DNA of 64,000 nucleotides from Phoronis australis (taxonomy: Eukaryota; Animalia; Phoronida): the NCBI GenBank assembly GCA_002633005.1, contig NMRA01000153.1, forward strand, positions 392,158 through 456,157, written 5' to 3'. Under the pieces are notes generated by a model, which ran no database searches, was not told the DNA's origin, and saw nothing but the letters and a program-made list of their open reading frames with translations. This document shows, piece by piece, positions 53,022 through 64,000 of the stretch; the first letter of the stretch is position 1; the number at the start of each line of letters is the position of its first letter. A program made the position numbers and the translations under genes.

Positions 53022-54825
53022 CAGGGCTCGACGCTATTAAAATCGCCAGGTCGCATTTTGCGACTTAGCCAAAATCCCAGGTCGCATTTTCAAAATCCAG
53101 CTGGCATTCGTAAATGCCAGGTCGCAAAATTTTCCCGCCATTTTTACGCGCCAAAATAGATTTTTTAGATCATCGAGAAAATGTTTAGATTATGCTCTTA
53201 CCTGCAGCGTTAAATACTCACAAATTTCGGATCTCAAAATTGACTTCATTCATGCAGGTACGGCCTTACCGTTCTTCACGACCGCCATTGAAAGACTCTA
53301 GAGCGCAAGGCAAGTTGCCGACGTGAAAGTTGAATCAGTGCTCTCTAACTGATTTGTGCATTCGAGAAGCTAAATTTGCAATGTGAAAAGGGAGAAAATG
53401 CCATGCCCATTGAAAAAAGTATCCGGGATTTTGTTAGATCTGGCCTGCTACCGGCTGTCATCAAAGTCGTTAACGATTCAAACTAACTCGGGTAATGGCG
53501 AGTTTGGTCCTCAATACATTCCAAGTACGGGAAAATACGTCAGTCACAAAACGACACACATCAGTCACTAGTGTTAACTTTCTTTCCGAGGTATAAAACA
53601 AAGCCGGGATTTGGTTTTTACATATTTTGAAAAGACGTTTTTGAAAACTGAATTTGTGTAAAATGAAAGTGACACACCATATAAGCTGAGTGTCAAATTT
53701 AAACCACACGCGGTTGTTTGTAGTGCGCTATGATGGGCGCTAGCTTGAACTGTGGGCACTTAATTGGAAATTCTCAAAATTTAAGGGGGAACTTTTAATA
53801 AATCAGTGAGCGCTTATTATGAAACACTTTAAAGGTAGGGAGTAGGCTTGTGCGTGAGCATAGTCGTTAACCTCAGTGTTTGCAGTAATAAGATATTAAA
53901 ACGCTGCAATGGTAAGAAACGTTATAATACATGTAATAGGATTTTGCGAGGCAAACTCCATCTAGTAGGGGTGACTTTTTTGATATCGTTACCACCTTCT
54001 GTACATTGTACTCTTTTTAGCCACCCGAAATGATTTTGTTTTAACTGCCCGCTTCAGCCGTAACAAGGTTGTTTCTATAGGAGTCTGAACATTTTACGGC
54101 GACGGTGGTTCGGGGAGCAAAAAGTTGCCGGGGGGTGTATAAAATGAAGAATGAAAAGTGCGCTAACTTGAACCACAATTTCGCATCTAGTGCCAGTTTA
54201 GTTGCAATAGCTGGCTACGAGCATAGAATACAGGGTTTCCAGAACATCGACCTCGGGAAACATCGGAACAGGAAAACGTCAGTTCTGGGTTATATCGGTC
54301 CCGGGACATCGGGTCTTTTATAACCGCTGGGAATCTGAGTTCATTTTCAAATAAACCAGAGCCAAGCCGGTATACTCTTTCATTTAGGACTGTCGCTGTT
54401 CTTTGAAGTGGTGCGCACGCGTGAGTTCACGCACTTGAATCGCTGGAGTAGGCCTACACTTAACGTTGGCAACAACGTGTNTGAATCCGGGAATTTACAA
54501 AAGTGGCCGATAGTGTTAGCCAATGAAACGTGTCAAAGATCGATTCTGCATATCCCATGTTCACGCGACTTGCTTACATGTCATCGGGAGGGCTGTTCTC
54601 GGTTAGTGGTCTTTTGAACTTGGATTTGGCAACAACCAAATAACAGTCGGATTAACAAGAGCTGCTTTGTATTTGCCTTGTATCTGTTGAGAAGTATAAA
54701 AACTCAGCTCGCATTCGTTGGAAATTCCAGGTCGCATTTTGCGACTTGATACGAGCTGACATAAATCTCAGCTCGCATTTCCAAATTTCAGGTCGCAAAT
54801 GTGCAGCTCGTTATGTCGAGCTCTG
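53022..54825. mobile_element. Non-autonomous hAT-type DNA transposon (1.8 kb)
   Basis: TIRs CAGGGCTCGAC / GTCGAGCTCTG, 8-bp TSD CATTATAA/TATTATAA, arrays of subterminal CAG(G/C)TCGCA repeats at both ends, no transposase ORF. Confidence 0.85.
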
Positions 54826-54900
54826 TATTATAAGTTTTCAGAATTTTGATACCGAAAAAACAAATTTCAGAGGAAATTTTGCTGCTGCCAACTATCATCA

Positions 54901-54969
54901 TCTCCCGAGAGATGTCGCAAAAATTTAGGAAATGGCGCATGCGCGTGACACGAGCTTACTGTTTTCAAA
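54901..54969 (-). promoter_or_regulatory. Probable CEP192 core promoter
   Basis: NRF1 palindrome GCGCATGCGC 54935-54944, YY1-like AAATGGCG, BANP/Kaiso-like TCTCCCGAGA 54901-54910, CHR-like TTTGAA on - at 54964-54969. Confidence 0.5.
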
Positions 54970-55458
54970 ACGACAACATACTTTTTATTGTTAGAAAAGG
55001 CGAAGAGTTACGCAAGAAAATGATGTTTATTGTATTGTTTTTCACTTAAACAACTGTAACGGGCAAGGTTTAGTGTCAGTTGATTCCCAGATTTTGCATG
55101 CACCCCCGCCACCCCGTCCGGTCTTTAGCTTTACATGTTGATACGAGTTTCACGGCGAGGTGACGAGCAGAACTACCCTGGCTGTGTGTAATTTCGGGGT
55201 CAACGGAAGAAATACACACTTATTTTGACGACAGTCTTCATACAGCTAGCTGGCTGGCTACAGCTCATTATGAAGTTGCCCTAAACATGGATGCTGACCA
55301 TAATGTGATCATCCCATTATAGAAATTTTTATCGAGTTGAAATTAAAAAAATACATCAACGGCCTCCTGGGATATCCTTATATGTTCGAGTGATACTTAT
55401 TAGGACAGACTGGTCGACCGTCGACGGGACTTCGAACGGTTTACTACACTGGTTTAGC

Positions 55459-55981
55459 GGCACTAGTCGGATATAGTGGACCCTAACTTATTCCAAATAA
55501 ATCCACTAAATGTAGGTCTAAATGAATGATTTTGGTATCGTTGCATTCCTCAGACATCTGGCTATCCGTACAAATCCTTCTCATGACCCTCAATTACTCT
55601 AGTCTATAACTACGCTATTCCGAACTTGGTCCACTTTAGCCACGCGCATTGTGAAATCGGCAGCCATTTCAGGGAACTTACTATATCTAGCGCCATCTAT
55701 CGGCGATTTGCTACAACACGCGCTGTTCCTTTTTCATCAATCAACGTCATTGGTCGATTTTGTCAATTATTAACGTCAGCGTTATTAATCATCGTACGTC
55801 TGCTCTCGTCATCACCTTCGTCGTCTCTCTCACGATCGTATTTGTCATCGTCATGTTATCGTCGTTCATGTTGACTGATGAGATGACTGAGGAATGCAAC
55901 GATACCAAAATCATTCATTTAGACCTGCATTTAGTGGATTTATTTGGAATAAGTTAGGGTCCATTATATCCGACTCTTGCC
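55459..55981. mobile_element. Long-TIR MITE (Merlin- or MULE-like)
   Basis: ~100-bp near-perfect TIRs starting GGCA..AGTCGGATAT; perfect 8-bp TSD GGTTTAGC (55451-58, 55982-89). Confidence 0.85.
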
Positions 55982-58431
55982 GGTTTAGCCAATGTGAAGT
56001 TAATTTGCAGAAAATTATGGCATATTGTAAAGGGAGCCACATCATTTAACTACTTCATTATCAATTGAACATTCACTGCCATTGAAAGTACACAGAATTA
56101 TCATGGTTTGAAGAATTCCCTGGTACCTGCTTCTAAAAATTTTCTTCTGTTGTTGTTATTCGTCTTCAAATTTATCCGCCATTTTCTGAAGTTTTTATGG
56201 ATCAGCACGGAGAAAATCTTATTGAAGAATCTGATTGGGCGCATGGCCGATTTGAGCGCCACACGCGGCTGATATTTTCAGCGCTCCTTATCGTGAAAAC
56301 TGGAATGCATGGTGGAATAGTGCATTTTTAGGGAATGTTCATTTAAAAATGCAACGCCCTCCAATAGACGGCCGTTTCTTAGAATCAGAGACAGTAAGAT
56401 TTGTTTGTATTTTCTCAAAATCAGCCAAGAGCAATTTTAATTTTTTTTAACTCAACGTCTTCCTGAATTATGGAGTGATGAGATTGAGTACATTTTTCAA
56501 ATCCAGTCACTGAGATTGTGTAGTTTCGGCTCACGTTGTCCCCAGTTCGAAATAAATTTCGGATGTCCGCTAGAATTAAGCTTCCATAAAATGAACAACA
56601 AGTCACGAGTCAGAAAAGATTCACATCGGCGTTCACTCAGCCGACTGACCAATACGTACCTGAGTGGTAAGGTTGTTATTTTAATTAATGACAAAAATAT
56701 GTTAGGTAATAATACGTGAGCTACCCTCACTTCAGTTACAAATCCTCGAGTGGTAAATCGAAACGAATTCTTCAGGTAACTGTTCGCCTTTAATAGTGTT
56801 GACGACATTAATGTTATATTTATGGGTATATTCAGGTTTATGTCACGCCAAGGCCACCGACCCCGTTGCAAATGAATGAAATCACAACTAAGAACTGCAA
56901 ATACAATAAATTATATATTATCTTCTAGTGTTTTCCTTTTCAATCAGCCTGTAATAAATATTTACATGTATTTTTTAAATCGTCATAGTTTAGAGTTGAA
57001 TGCGTATAAAATTTTCAAGTTTAACATTTCGGGGTAAAAATCTCAAGCGCCGGGATGTCTGTATACATATCATAGAACATTCTAGCAAAATGCGCTTCGT
57101 GTTCTAACTTTGTCATCTTACGGCATTGAGAAACTCTCTCTTCCCCGACAATCTCAATGTATGTACCTTTATTGGTCATTCTTAATTACTGTGTAATGTG
57201 TACACCTGAAGCGAGCAAACACTCGAATGTAATGTAGTCCTAGATATGTAACACATATTTCAACAGCTAATTGTTTTTAATGTGTTCACATCAATACTTG
57301 TTTAATCATTTCTTGTTAATGAAATATTTTGAATTTAGTTTATTGTACTTATGTGATAATTAGCACACGTTGGCTGTAGATTTTCTTGTACATAAATAGA
57401 CAATATTTTTAACCAGCTTGGGTTGCGTTCTTTTCAACAGATGAATAAAATTCAGTACTACATGTAGACTTGAAGAAATGATGATATATCACCTGTGTTG
57501 TGATGTTAATATTGAAGTTCGTTCCTGTTGTCTTTGTTCATAGCATGCATGCGCCCACCCCCACCCCCTCCATTTGGTGATGTGGGCAAAAAGGTCTACC
57601 TCAGAGAAACAGAATTACAGAAAGTCCGAGAAAAAAAGTCCTCTAATAAGGCATAAACCCACAATTCGCAGCTCCGGACGTGGTACACCGTTTTTTTTAA
57701 TCCCCCCACTTTAGTCAGGTCCACATCGTCGGAAATTCGATCCCCCCTCCCCTTATATTACAGGCTGGGTGCGTGCATGTATACTGAACATCATATTGAA
57801 CAACACATAGCATGAACTTTTCTTACAGATACTGACATCATGATGATATGACATTAGGACGCGGAGTAAGGATCATCCTCTGTTGCATTATGTAATAATT
57901 AATTTATGTGTCTTAATTGTACATTGGGCGTGTTACCTTGACATCCATTTTAGTTTTTGCACTCTATTTGTTTGATTTGTGTTGTAGACGGTTTATAAGG
58001 CATTACTTTAAAAACGAAATGTGCAACATCAAGCTAACGTCAAAAAAACATGATTGTGAACGTAGGTTTAACCCATCAATTTGTTGCATCGTTTTGTCCT
58101 GATATTCAAGTAACCTTTAATTGTGTTGATGCGTAGATTCGCTGCTTAAAGCTACACGAATCTTACCCGTGTGTCGACGCGACGCTTGCTAAACACGAGC
58201 CCTAGAGTTTTGTACCTTCTGGCGGCAAGGGGATGGTGTGGGGAGGGGATTAATACACCAGCACATCCCCCATGATCCTGTCCGTGGCAGGTATTATGTA
58301 GATTTGCGGTTGGAAACGAATTGCCAAATTGAACCCCTGTGCAGGAATATTGTCGGGGAAAGCAAGCTTTCCAAAACATTTTCTGTTTGCAAAGGGATTT
58401 CATTGGAGTAAACTGCCGGGTTGTGAAAATA

Positions 58432-58674
58432 CAGGGCTTGGAATGACCAGTGACAAAAAAGAGGCAACTTTTCCAAGTGATGTATCGTTCCACAAATAAA
58501 TAGGCTTGTGTGATACAAATATTTCTGTGATACAAAATTTAACTGAAATAAACGTTTTTGCATCAATCCAAAATAATTATAAAGCGGCGGAGAAAGAGGA
58601 AACTGGAAATCAAATAGGAGGAAATCGAAACCAAAAGAGGAAATCCTCTTAAAAGAGGAAAATTCCAAGCCCTG
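58432..58674 (+). mobile_element. hAT6-like MITE, short subfamily
   Basis: Same TIRs, perfect 6-bp TSD AAAATA, different interior with AGAGGAAA repeats. Confidence 0.85.
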
Positions 58675-59634
58675 AAAATATCAACCTTCTCGGAGCGGAA
58701 CGTACCTCTTATGGGAGTTACCCCAGCCCTTTCTGAAAAAATAATGGTCTGTCACTTTTTATTATCAAGACAGAAATCATTTCTAATCTGAAAAAATACA
58801 TATGTGTGCATGTGCGCTCGCGCGTGTAAATATGACGTCTGTGAGTAAAACAATGTTGCCATTATATCATTCAACCTTCTTGTTGAGTGCAGTACAATTC
58901 CTGATTATTTATTCATGCTTTCAGGCTTGCTGTAGAGGCGACTGTACACCTTCCTCACAGTTCTTCAAATGTCTGTTGACACAGCCAAAGAAACCATGGC
59001 TACCTCTCCCTCGGGAAGTGCTAAAGCATGCACTTATGATCTGATTGACGACTTAATCCCTCTTTCATATGGGAAACCTGCTAATGATAGTCAAAAGAGT
59101 TTTCCAGTGTGTCAATTTTGTATCAGCGGATCACATTCTGAACTTCATCACACATTAAAAACTCGACACATGCCGAAATGGGAGTCGCTTCCAACAGAAA
59201 TTTATTCATGTCTAAATTCCAAAAATCCACAAAGTTAAACAGACTGAAGTGCATAAATTGGTACATCAAACAATTGTATTGGTAGGTAATAAAAGCATTA
59301 TTTCACCACACTGTACAGACATTAAATGTGAAAGGTATTGAGATATAACAACAGATTGTGAATTCAAAACAAAATTTGAAATTATTCAGTATTTTCAAAG
59401 ACATACAGACAAAACATAGACCCACATGTAATACCTCCACACATTCACAGATATCAGCACAGTCAATGAAAAGTTTGGCACTAAAATATCTTCGAGATAA
59501 CTGTTGGTTAGACTGCTTGCGATTATTCGCTTTGACCAGAGTTATAAAGTAGCAAAATCCTTTGAATGTGTGTTGTGACTTCATCAAAAATCCTAAATTC
59601 CTAAGGTTGGCTTCCTCAAATTAACTGAAATTGT

Positions 59635-60140
59635 GGTTATGTAGAACCTCATCCACAACTCTGCATTTAGACTAAGATCTACAAAATCCTAGAGTTCAAC
59701 TAAGTAAAAGTTATTATTTCCAGAATTCAAAGAAGAAAATGTTTAGAATTGGATTTTTGACTTTATACCAAACTACGAACACTATGGTCATATGATCAAG
59801 TCTTTTTTAAAAGTAAAATTTAGTACAGAAAGGACATTAATAACAAAGCTATATTAATTGCACGACCAAATTTTGTTTGATATTAATGTTCAGCAACTTC
59901 CTGGTGTCAGAAATGTTCAAGTTTTCAAAATATCATTTAATTTTTTCATAAAAATTATGAAAGCCATATTTTTGATAGCCCCTCATGCAAAAATTGAACG
60001 TTTTAAAAATAATTCCTGACAGCAGGTAAAGAACAGTGACAGTACCTGAGCGCTACATATGAGTCCAATCACTCGTTTCTAAGCTATAATGTTCTCAATT
60101 TAGTCAAATTTGGCCATTTTCTAGGATCCTACATAACCTT
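59635..60140. mobile_element. Family A element, inverted copy
   Basis: GGTTATGTAGAACC ... GATCCTACATAACCTT terminal inverted repeats. Confidence 0.55.
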
Positions 60141-61683
60141 AGCAACCTTGCAGCTACTTGTCACACGGGCTCTTAGCTCAACTGCCATCATGTCACATTG
60201 CGACTGTAGGGTCACGGGTTTAAATAGTAATTGCTCACATTATCAAAAAATGTGACACAATGTTCGTTTTTCTCAGAATATGACACTGTTCTGTAGAACA
60301 CCAGAAACAGAAAATAACAAGATTATAAAAAGTTTGTTAAAGACAAATAAATACGACTTTACAAATACCCCAGATAACAAAATACCATACACTTATTTTA
60401 CAAATAACCTGAACAGCACTAAACTTCACTTATTATAAGATGAACGTCAAAGCATCACCCCAAACACAATTAATCCCACAGTTGGAGACATTTGAAAAGT
60501 AACAGCCCACCCGACAATGCATTGATAAGACATATACTGCCTCGAGTCATTCAAATCTTTGGCTAATGAACCAATATCTTATTAGTTTCTTTTCAGGAAA
60601 AAGTTAAAACATATTGGGCACATTTTGTTGAAAAGCAGGACAATTATTTTGGGACATTGTTACAATTCTGGTTCACAGCAAGAGTCATTTTTCTTCAACT
60701 TTGCATCAGAGCCAGAGATCCAAAATAAGGTAAGTTACCACATCATAGATTTGCACTATGTCTAAGGTCAGGTATATACGCGACATTTTGGCACATGAAA
60801 CTACCTCAATCTTGTTTTATCCCAGTTTGAAATTCCACAAACACACACCCAGTATGCCTTCAAAATATGCCAACAATCACCACAGTAGAAATTTCTCATT
60901 AAGCCAAAAGTGTGTAGCTATTATATTAGTCACAGTGAAATACACACTTCCCTTCATACACAACCCAGTGTGGGTATGAGGTGTCATACATTTCTCATAA
61001 CAAGTAGCTGTTGTATCATCAAAGTTTCCTAGTTCATATGTGTATGTCTTAGGGCTTCATACAACAGAGGAAACGCATATAAAACTTACAGATCAATGTA
61101 AAAATTCAAAATAAATCGCAACATAAAGATTTATTTAAAATAATCGCCTGTAACTATATACGTAGTGAGCAAAGTTTAGTCTGAGAGCTGAAGACGATGC
61201 AAAAACATGCCAGATGCCAGCCTTGAAAAATAACAGCAATAGACAAATGCAGGGATCGCAAATTTTGAGAACCAGTTGGATGCCTGTTATTCAGTGGAGA
61301 AAACTGGTTCTCAAAATGTGGGACCTCTACAAGTAACTATTGCCAAAATAACAATCTGGACTTGCCAGCTAAAAAATAACATAAACTGTCTGGACCAAGC
61401 CAAGACAATTAGTCAGCAGCTGACAAGTGACACAATGTCCCGTGAGTTTTCTTAATTACCGAAAATCCTTTGATAGGTTGATAGGATAGTATTTTTTACC
61501 AAGAAAACCCACAGTAGACTGGATATTCCAATCAGGAACAGCATACATCTGACTTCCCCTGAGCACGTTGCCAAACCTAGCTATTGTTGCGCAACAAACT
61601 AGTTTCGAGGACGAAAATGTAATTGGCCAAACACCATGGCACATCAATACGACTTCCGTACTCTGATATCACAAACTATGACG

Positions 61684-61799
61684 TCACACTTCGTATCGAA
61701 GGTATTCTTTAATCTTCGTTGGCAGAGGCAGATTGCTTACATCAGCTTTACACATATTTTTGATTATGGCTTCCCGACATGCATTCTGTAGGGACCCAA
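61684..61799 (-). CDS. Terminal exon of a SOCS-box protein (rest of gene probably beyond window end)
   Basis: ttttttcag| then xGSLQNACREAIIKNMCKADVSNLPLPTKIKEYLRYEV*: BC-box SLQ..CR..I and cullin-box LPLP..IKEYL. AATAAA on - at 61130-61135. Confidence 0.85.
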
Positions 61800-61969
61800 C
61801 TGAAAAAAACAAAATCAAACAGTTTGAGAAAAAATACTCAAGAGAACAAAAAAGATGCCTGAAAACAAACAATCAGTCACTTTGCATTAAAAAATATAAC
61901 ATCTATGACACTAAATTCGTCAAGGTTTAATGCCACTTATTGGTAAGATTAACCGAGCCAAAAAGTATG

Positions 61970-62245
61970 CAACTTTATTCAAGTCTGGAAAATATTATTC
62001 CTGCTTGGACAACATTATTCAAGCTTAGGCAATATTGTTCAAGTTTGGATAATATTCAAGTTTGGGCAATATTATTCAAGCTTAAGCAATATTATTCAAG
62101 TTTGGATATTATTCAAGATTGGTCACTATTATTCACACTTGGGCCAACGTTATTCAAACTTAGGCAATATTGTTCAAGTTTGGACAATATTATTCAAGCT
62201 TGGGAATATTATTCATGTTTGGGCAATATTATCCAAGCCTTTTGG
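61970..62245. repeat. ~21-bp diverged minisatellite
   Basis: ATATTATTCAAGCTTGGGCA-like units. Confidence 0.85.
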
Positions 62246-62449
62246 ACCTGTAAAAGAATTACTTTAAATTAAAGAGTTACTGGCCATTCAGGACCAAAAT
62301 GCTGCTGGTTCTCTGAATAACATGTAGAGCTCAGTGACCCTACAACTATGGTGATGACCTATTTACTATTACCTGTAAATGTTGTTACACCCATTGCACT
62401 TCATGGATGTAACCGGACTCGTATGTCGACACTTGATAACTGATTGTTT

Positions 62450-62540
62450 GTATCCTGATGATGTCTAATAAATAGACGAAACGTCAAATTAAAATGAACT
62501 TTTTCATTTGTGCTGTGATTATTCGTTTTTTATCTTATTT
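62450..62540 (+). mobile_element. Penelope-like pLTR remnant with minimal hammerhead-like motif
   Basis: CTGATGA-T-GTCTA-ATAAA-TAGAC-GAAA-CGTC followed by ATTAAA and a T-rich tail. Confidence 0.55.
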
Positions 62541-63659
62541 TAGTGTGCTCGAGTGTACTGCACAAGCTATGTTGCCATGTGCAAACAGAGCGAGGGATAT
62601 GTTCATTTTAATTGCTTGGTAAAAAACAAATTTTGACTGGTGACGGAACTCGATATTTATGCTGAATTATATTACCAGCCATAGGCATGCGCAACATTGT
62701 TTTCCAAGCTTGGAGTTCAATGTTGCAGATGGTGACAGGCCCAATATGTTAGTTCAAGGTGTTTTGACAAGCCTGATTTACCTTACTCAACATCAGTCAG
62801 CAGTCAAGCTTAGGACCGAGTGGTTAGTTGCAGAGAAAGGAAATTCAAGCTTGGAAAAAAGTGATTCATTATTAAGCTTGGTCAAATTTAGCTTCACTTC
62901 AAGTATGTATGGCACGTCTCCACTTATTTAACACACTCGCTAAGCACCCAAAATTATTTGTAAAAATTAATGTTTTGTCCCTCACTTGTTTTGCACAAAG
63001 CTACTTCGTAGGAATTTGTCAGACCGAATTTGCACAGGTTCAGTTTGAGAAAAATATAAAAGCAAAGTTCTCTCATTAACTATAAGAATAAGGTCTGAAC
63101 ATTGCATACTCACTAATTAATTCATTCTCCCACCTATTCATATGAGAAATCTCATGCTGTTGTAAACATGAGTTGAAGGGAGTGACCTGCCTGAGTATCC
63201 TGTCATTAAGATTCAGATGCTCAAAAGACTGTTCCACTAATGATGGGGAAAGTGCTAGCAGTGTTACATTGTAACATGATAGAGTAACTCACTAACTAAT
63301 ACTCTAAATGGATTGTGATGGCAATCCCTGGGCATCATTAAATTCCTACAGGCGCAGTTGTCAATGCTAGCTTACTCAGTTGTCAATACTTGCTTACTCA
63401 GTTAATTTCAACCATGAAGCCTGTATCAGTTTATTTGTTATACCCTGACTATCAGAAAATGTATTTCATATATAAATTTTGTGCGAAATAAGAGGAGAAA
63501 TATGGTATTCAAATTGCACTGCATTAAAATTCCAAACACTGTTAGTGACAGATTACTTTGACAGCTCTGCTGATACTATGGGCAAAAACAGGAAGTGTTT
63601 AAGTGGAGCCCTATAAATCCACCTTCTGTTATGAACTATAAACCTGGTGTGTGTTCAGT

Positions 63660-63805
63660 AACACTAGGACCTACACTATTTCCTATGCTAGGACCTACAC
63701 TATATCCTACGCTAGGACCTACACTAGGATCTATGCTAGGACCTACACTAGGACCTACAATAGAACCTAGGCTAGGACCTACACCAGGACTTACGCTAGG
63801 ACCTC
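63660..63805. repeat. 12/24-bp minisatellite
   Basis: CTAGGACCTACA units. Confidence 0.9.
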
Positions 63806-64000
63806 GCTGAAATCTAGCCAAAGTAATGTTCTCACGTAATCTCGCAGTCTTGCTTTTTAGTGAGGTCCTAGTGTTAATGAACGGGAGGCAGGGCTCGGTT
63901 TCATATTCGAATTAAGTGAAGATTCCTGGGCTTGGGAAGACCCAACTGTCTTGTTACTGCTTGAGGCTTGATAAGTTGGTTTGTCTAGGAGTGTTATGTA

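Noticed and set aside
53383-54617. Short ORFs in the hAT element as a transposase
   Set aside because: No recognisable BED finger, DDE or hAT dimerisation motifs; all under 80 aa.
57200-57235. CTGAAGCGAG...CTCGAAT as a second hammerhead
   Set aside because: Both core boxes deviate (no CUGANGA, no GAAA).
63595-63821. Gly/Pro-rich repeat ORFs
   Set aside because: Products of a 12-bp minisatellite with no splice support.

Overview
Eukaryotic (animal, probably invertebrate) genomic DNA: AT-rich, with GT-AG introns and many small DNA-transposon derivatives. By hand-splicing I find three genes. (1) A complete 3-exon CIMIP1/C20orf85-like ciliary gene on + (2021-4662, 128 aa) with an RFX X-box-like site upstream. 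(2) A complete CEP192/SPD-2 orthologue on - (40 coding exons, 52331 to 8238, ~3178 aa, consistent phases at all junctions), including one 3.3-kb exon. (3) The last exon of a SOCS-box protein on - (61684-61799). Non-coding DNA holds four hAT-like MITEs, two with perfect 6-bp TSDs, and a 1.8-kb hAT element with an 8-bp TSD between CEP192 and its probable promoter. That element carries E2F sites and a mini-exon that could splice in frame onto CEP192. There are also a Merlin/MULE-like MITE, TTAA/Kolobok-like families, minisatellites, a Penelope-type hammerhead-like motif and a likely haplotype-join assembly artefact at N36326. I see no strong evidence for a wholly new biological system; the best leads are transposon-driven or isoform-level hypotheses. 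Homology calls rest on my recollection of human sequences, not on database searches.
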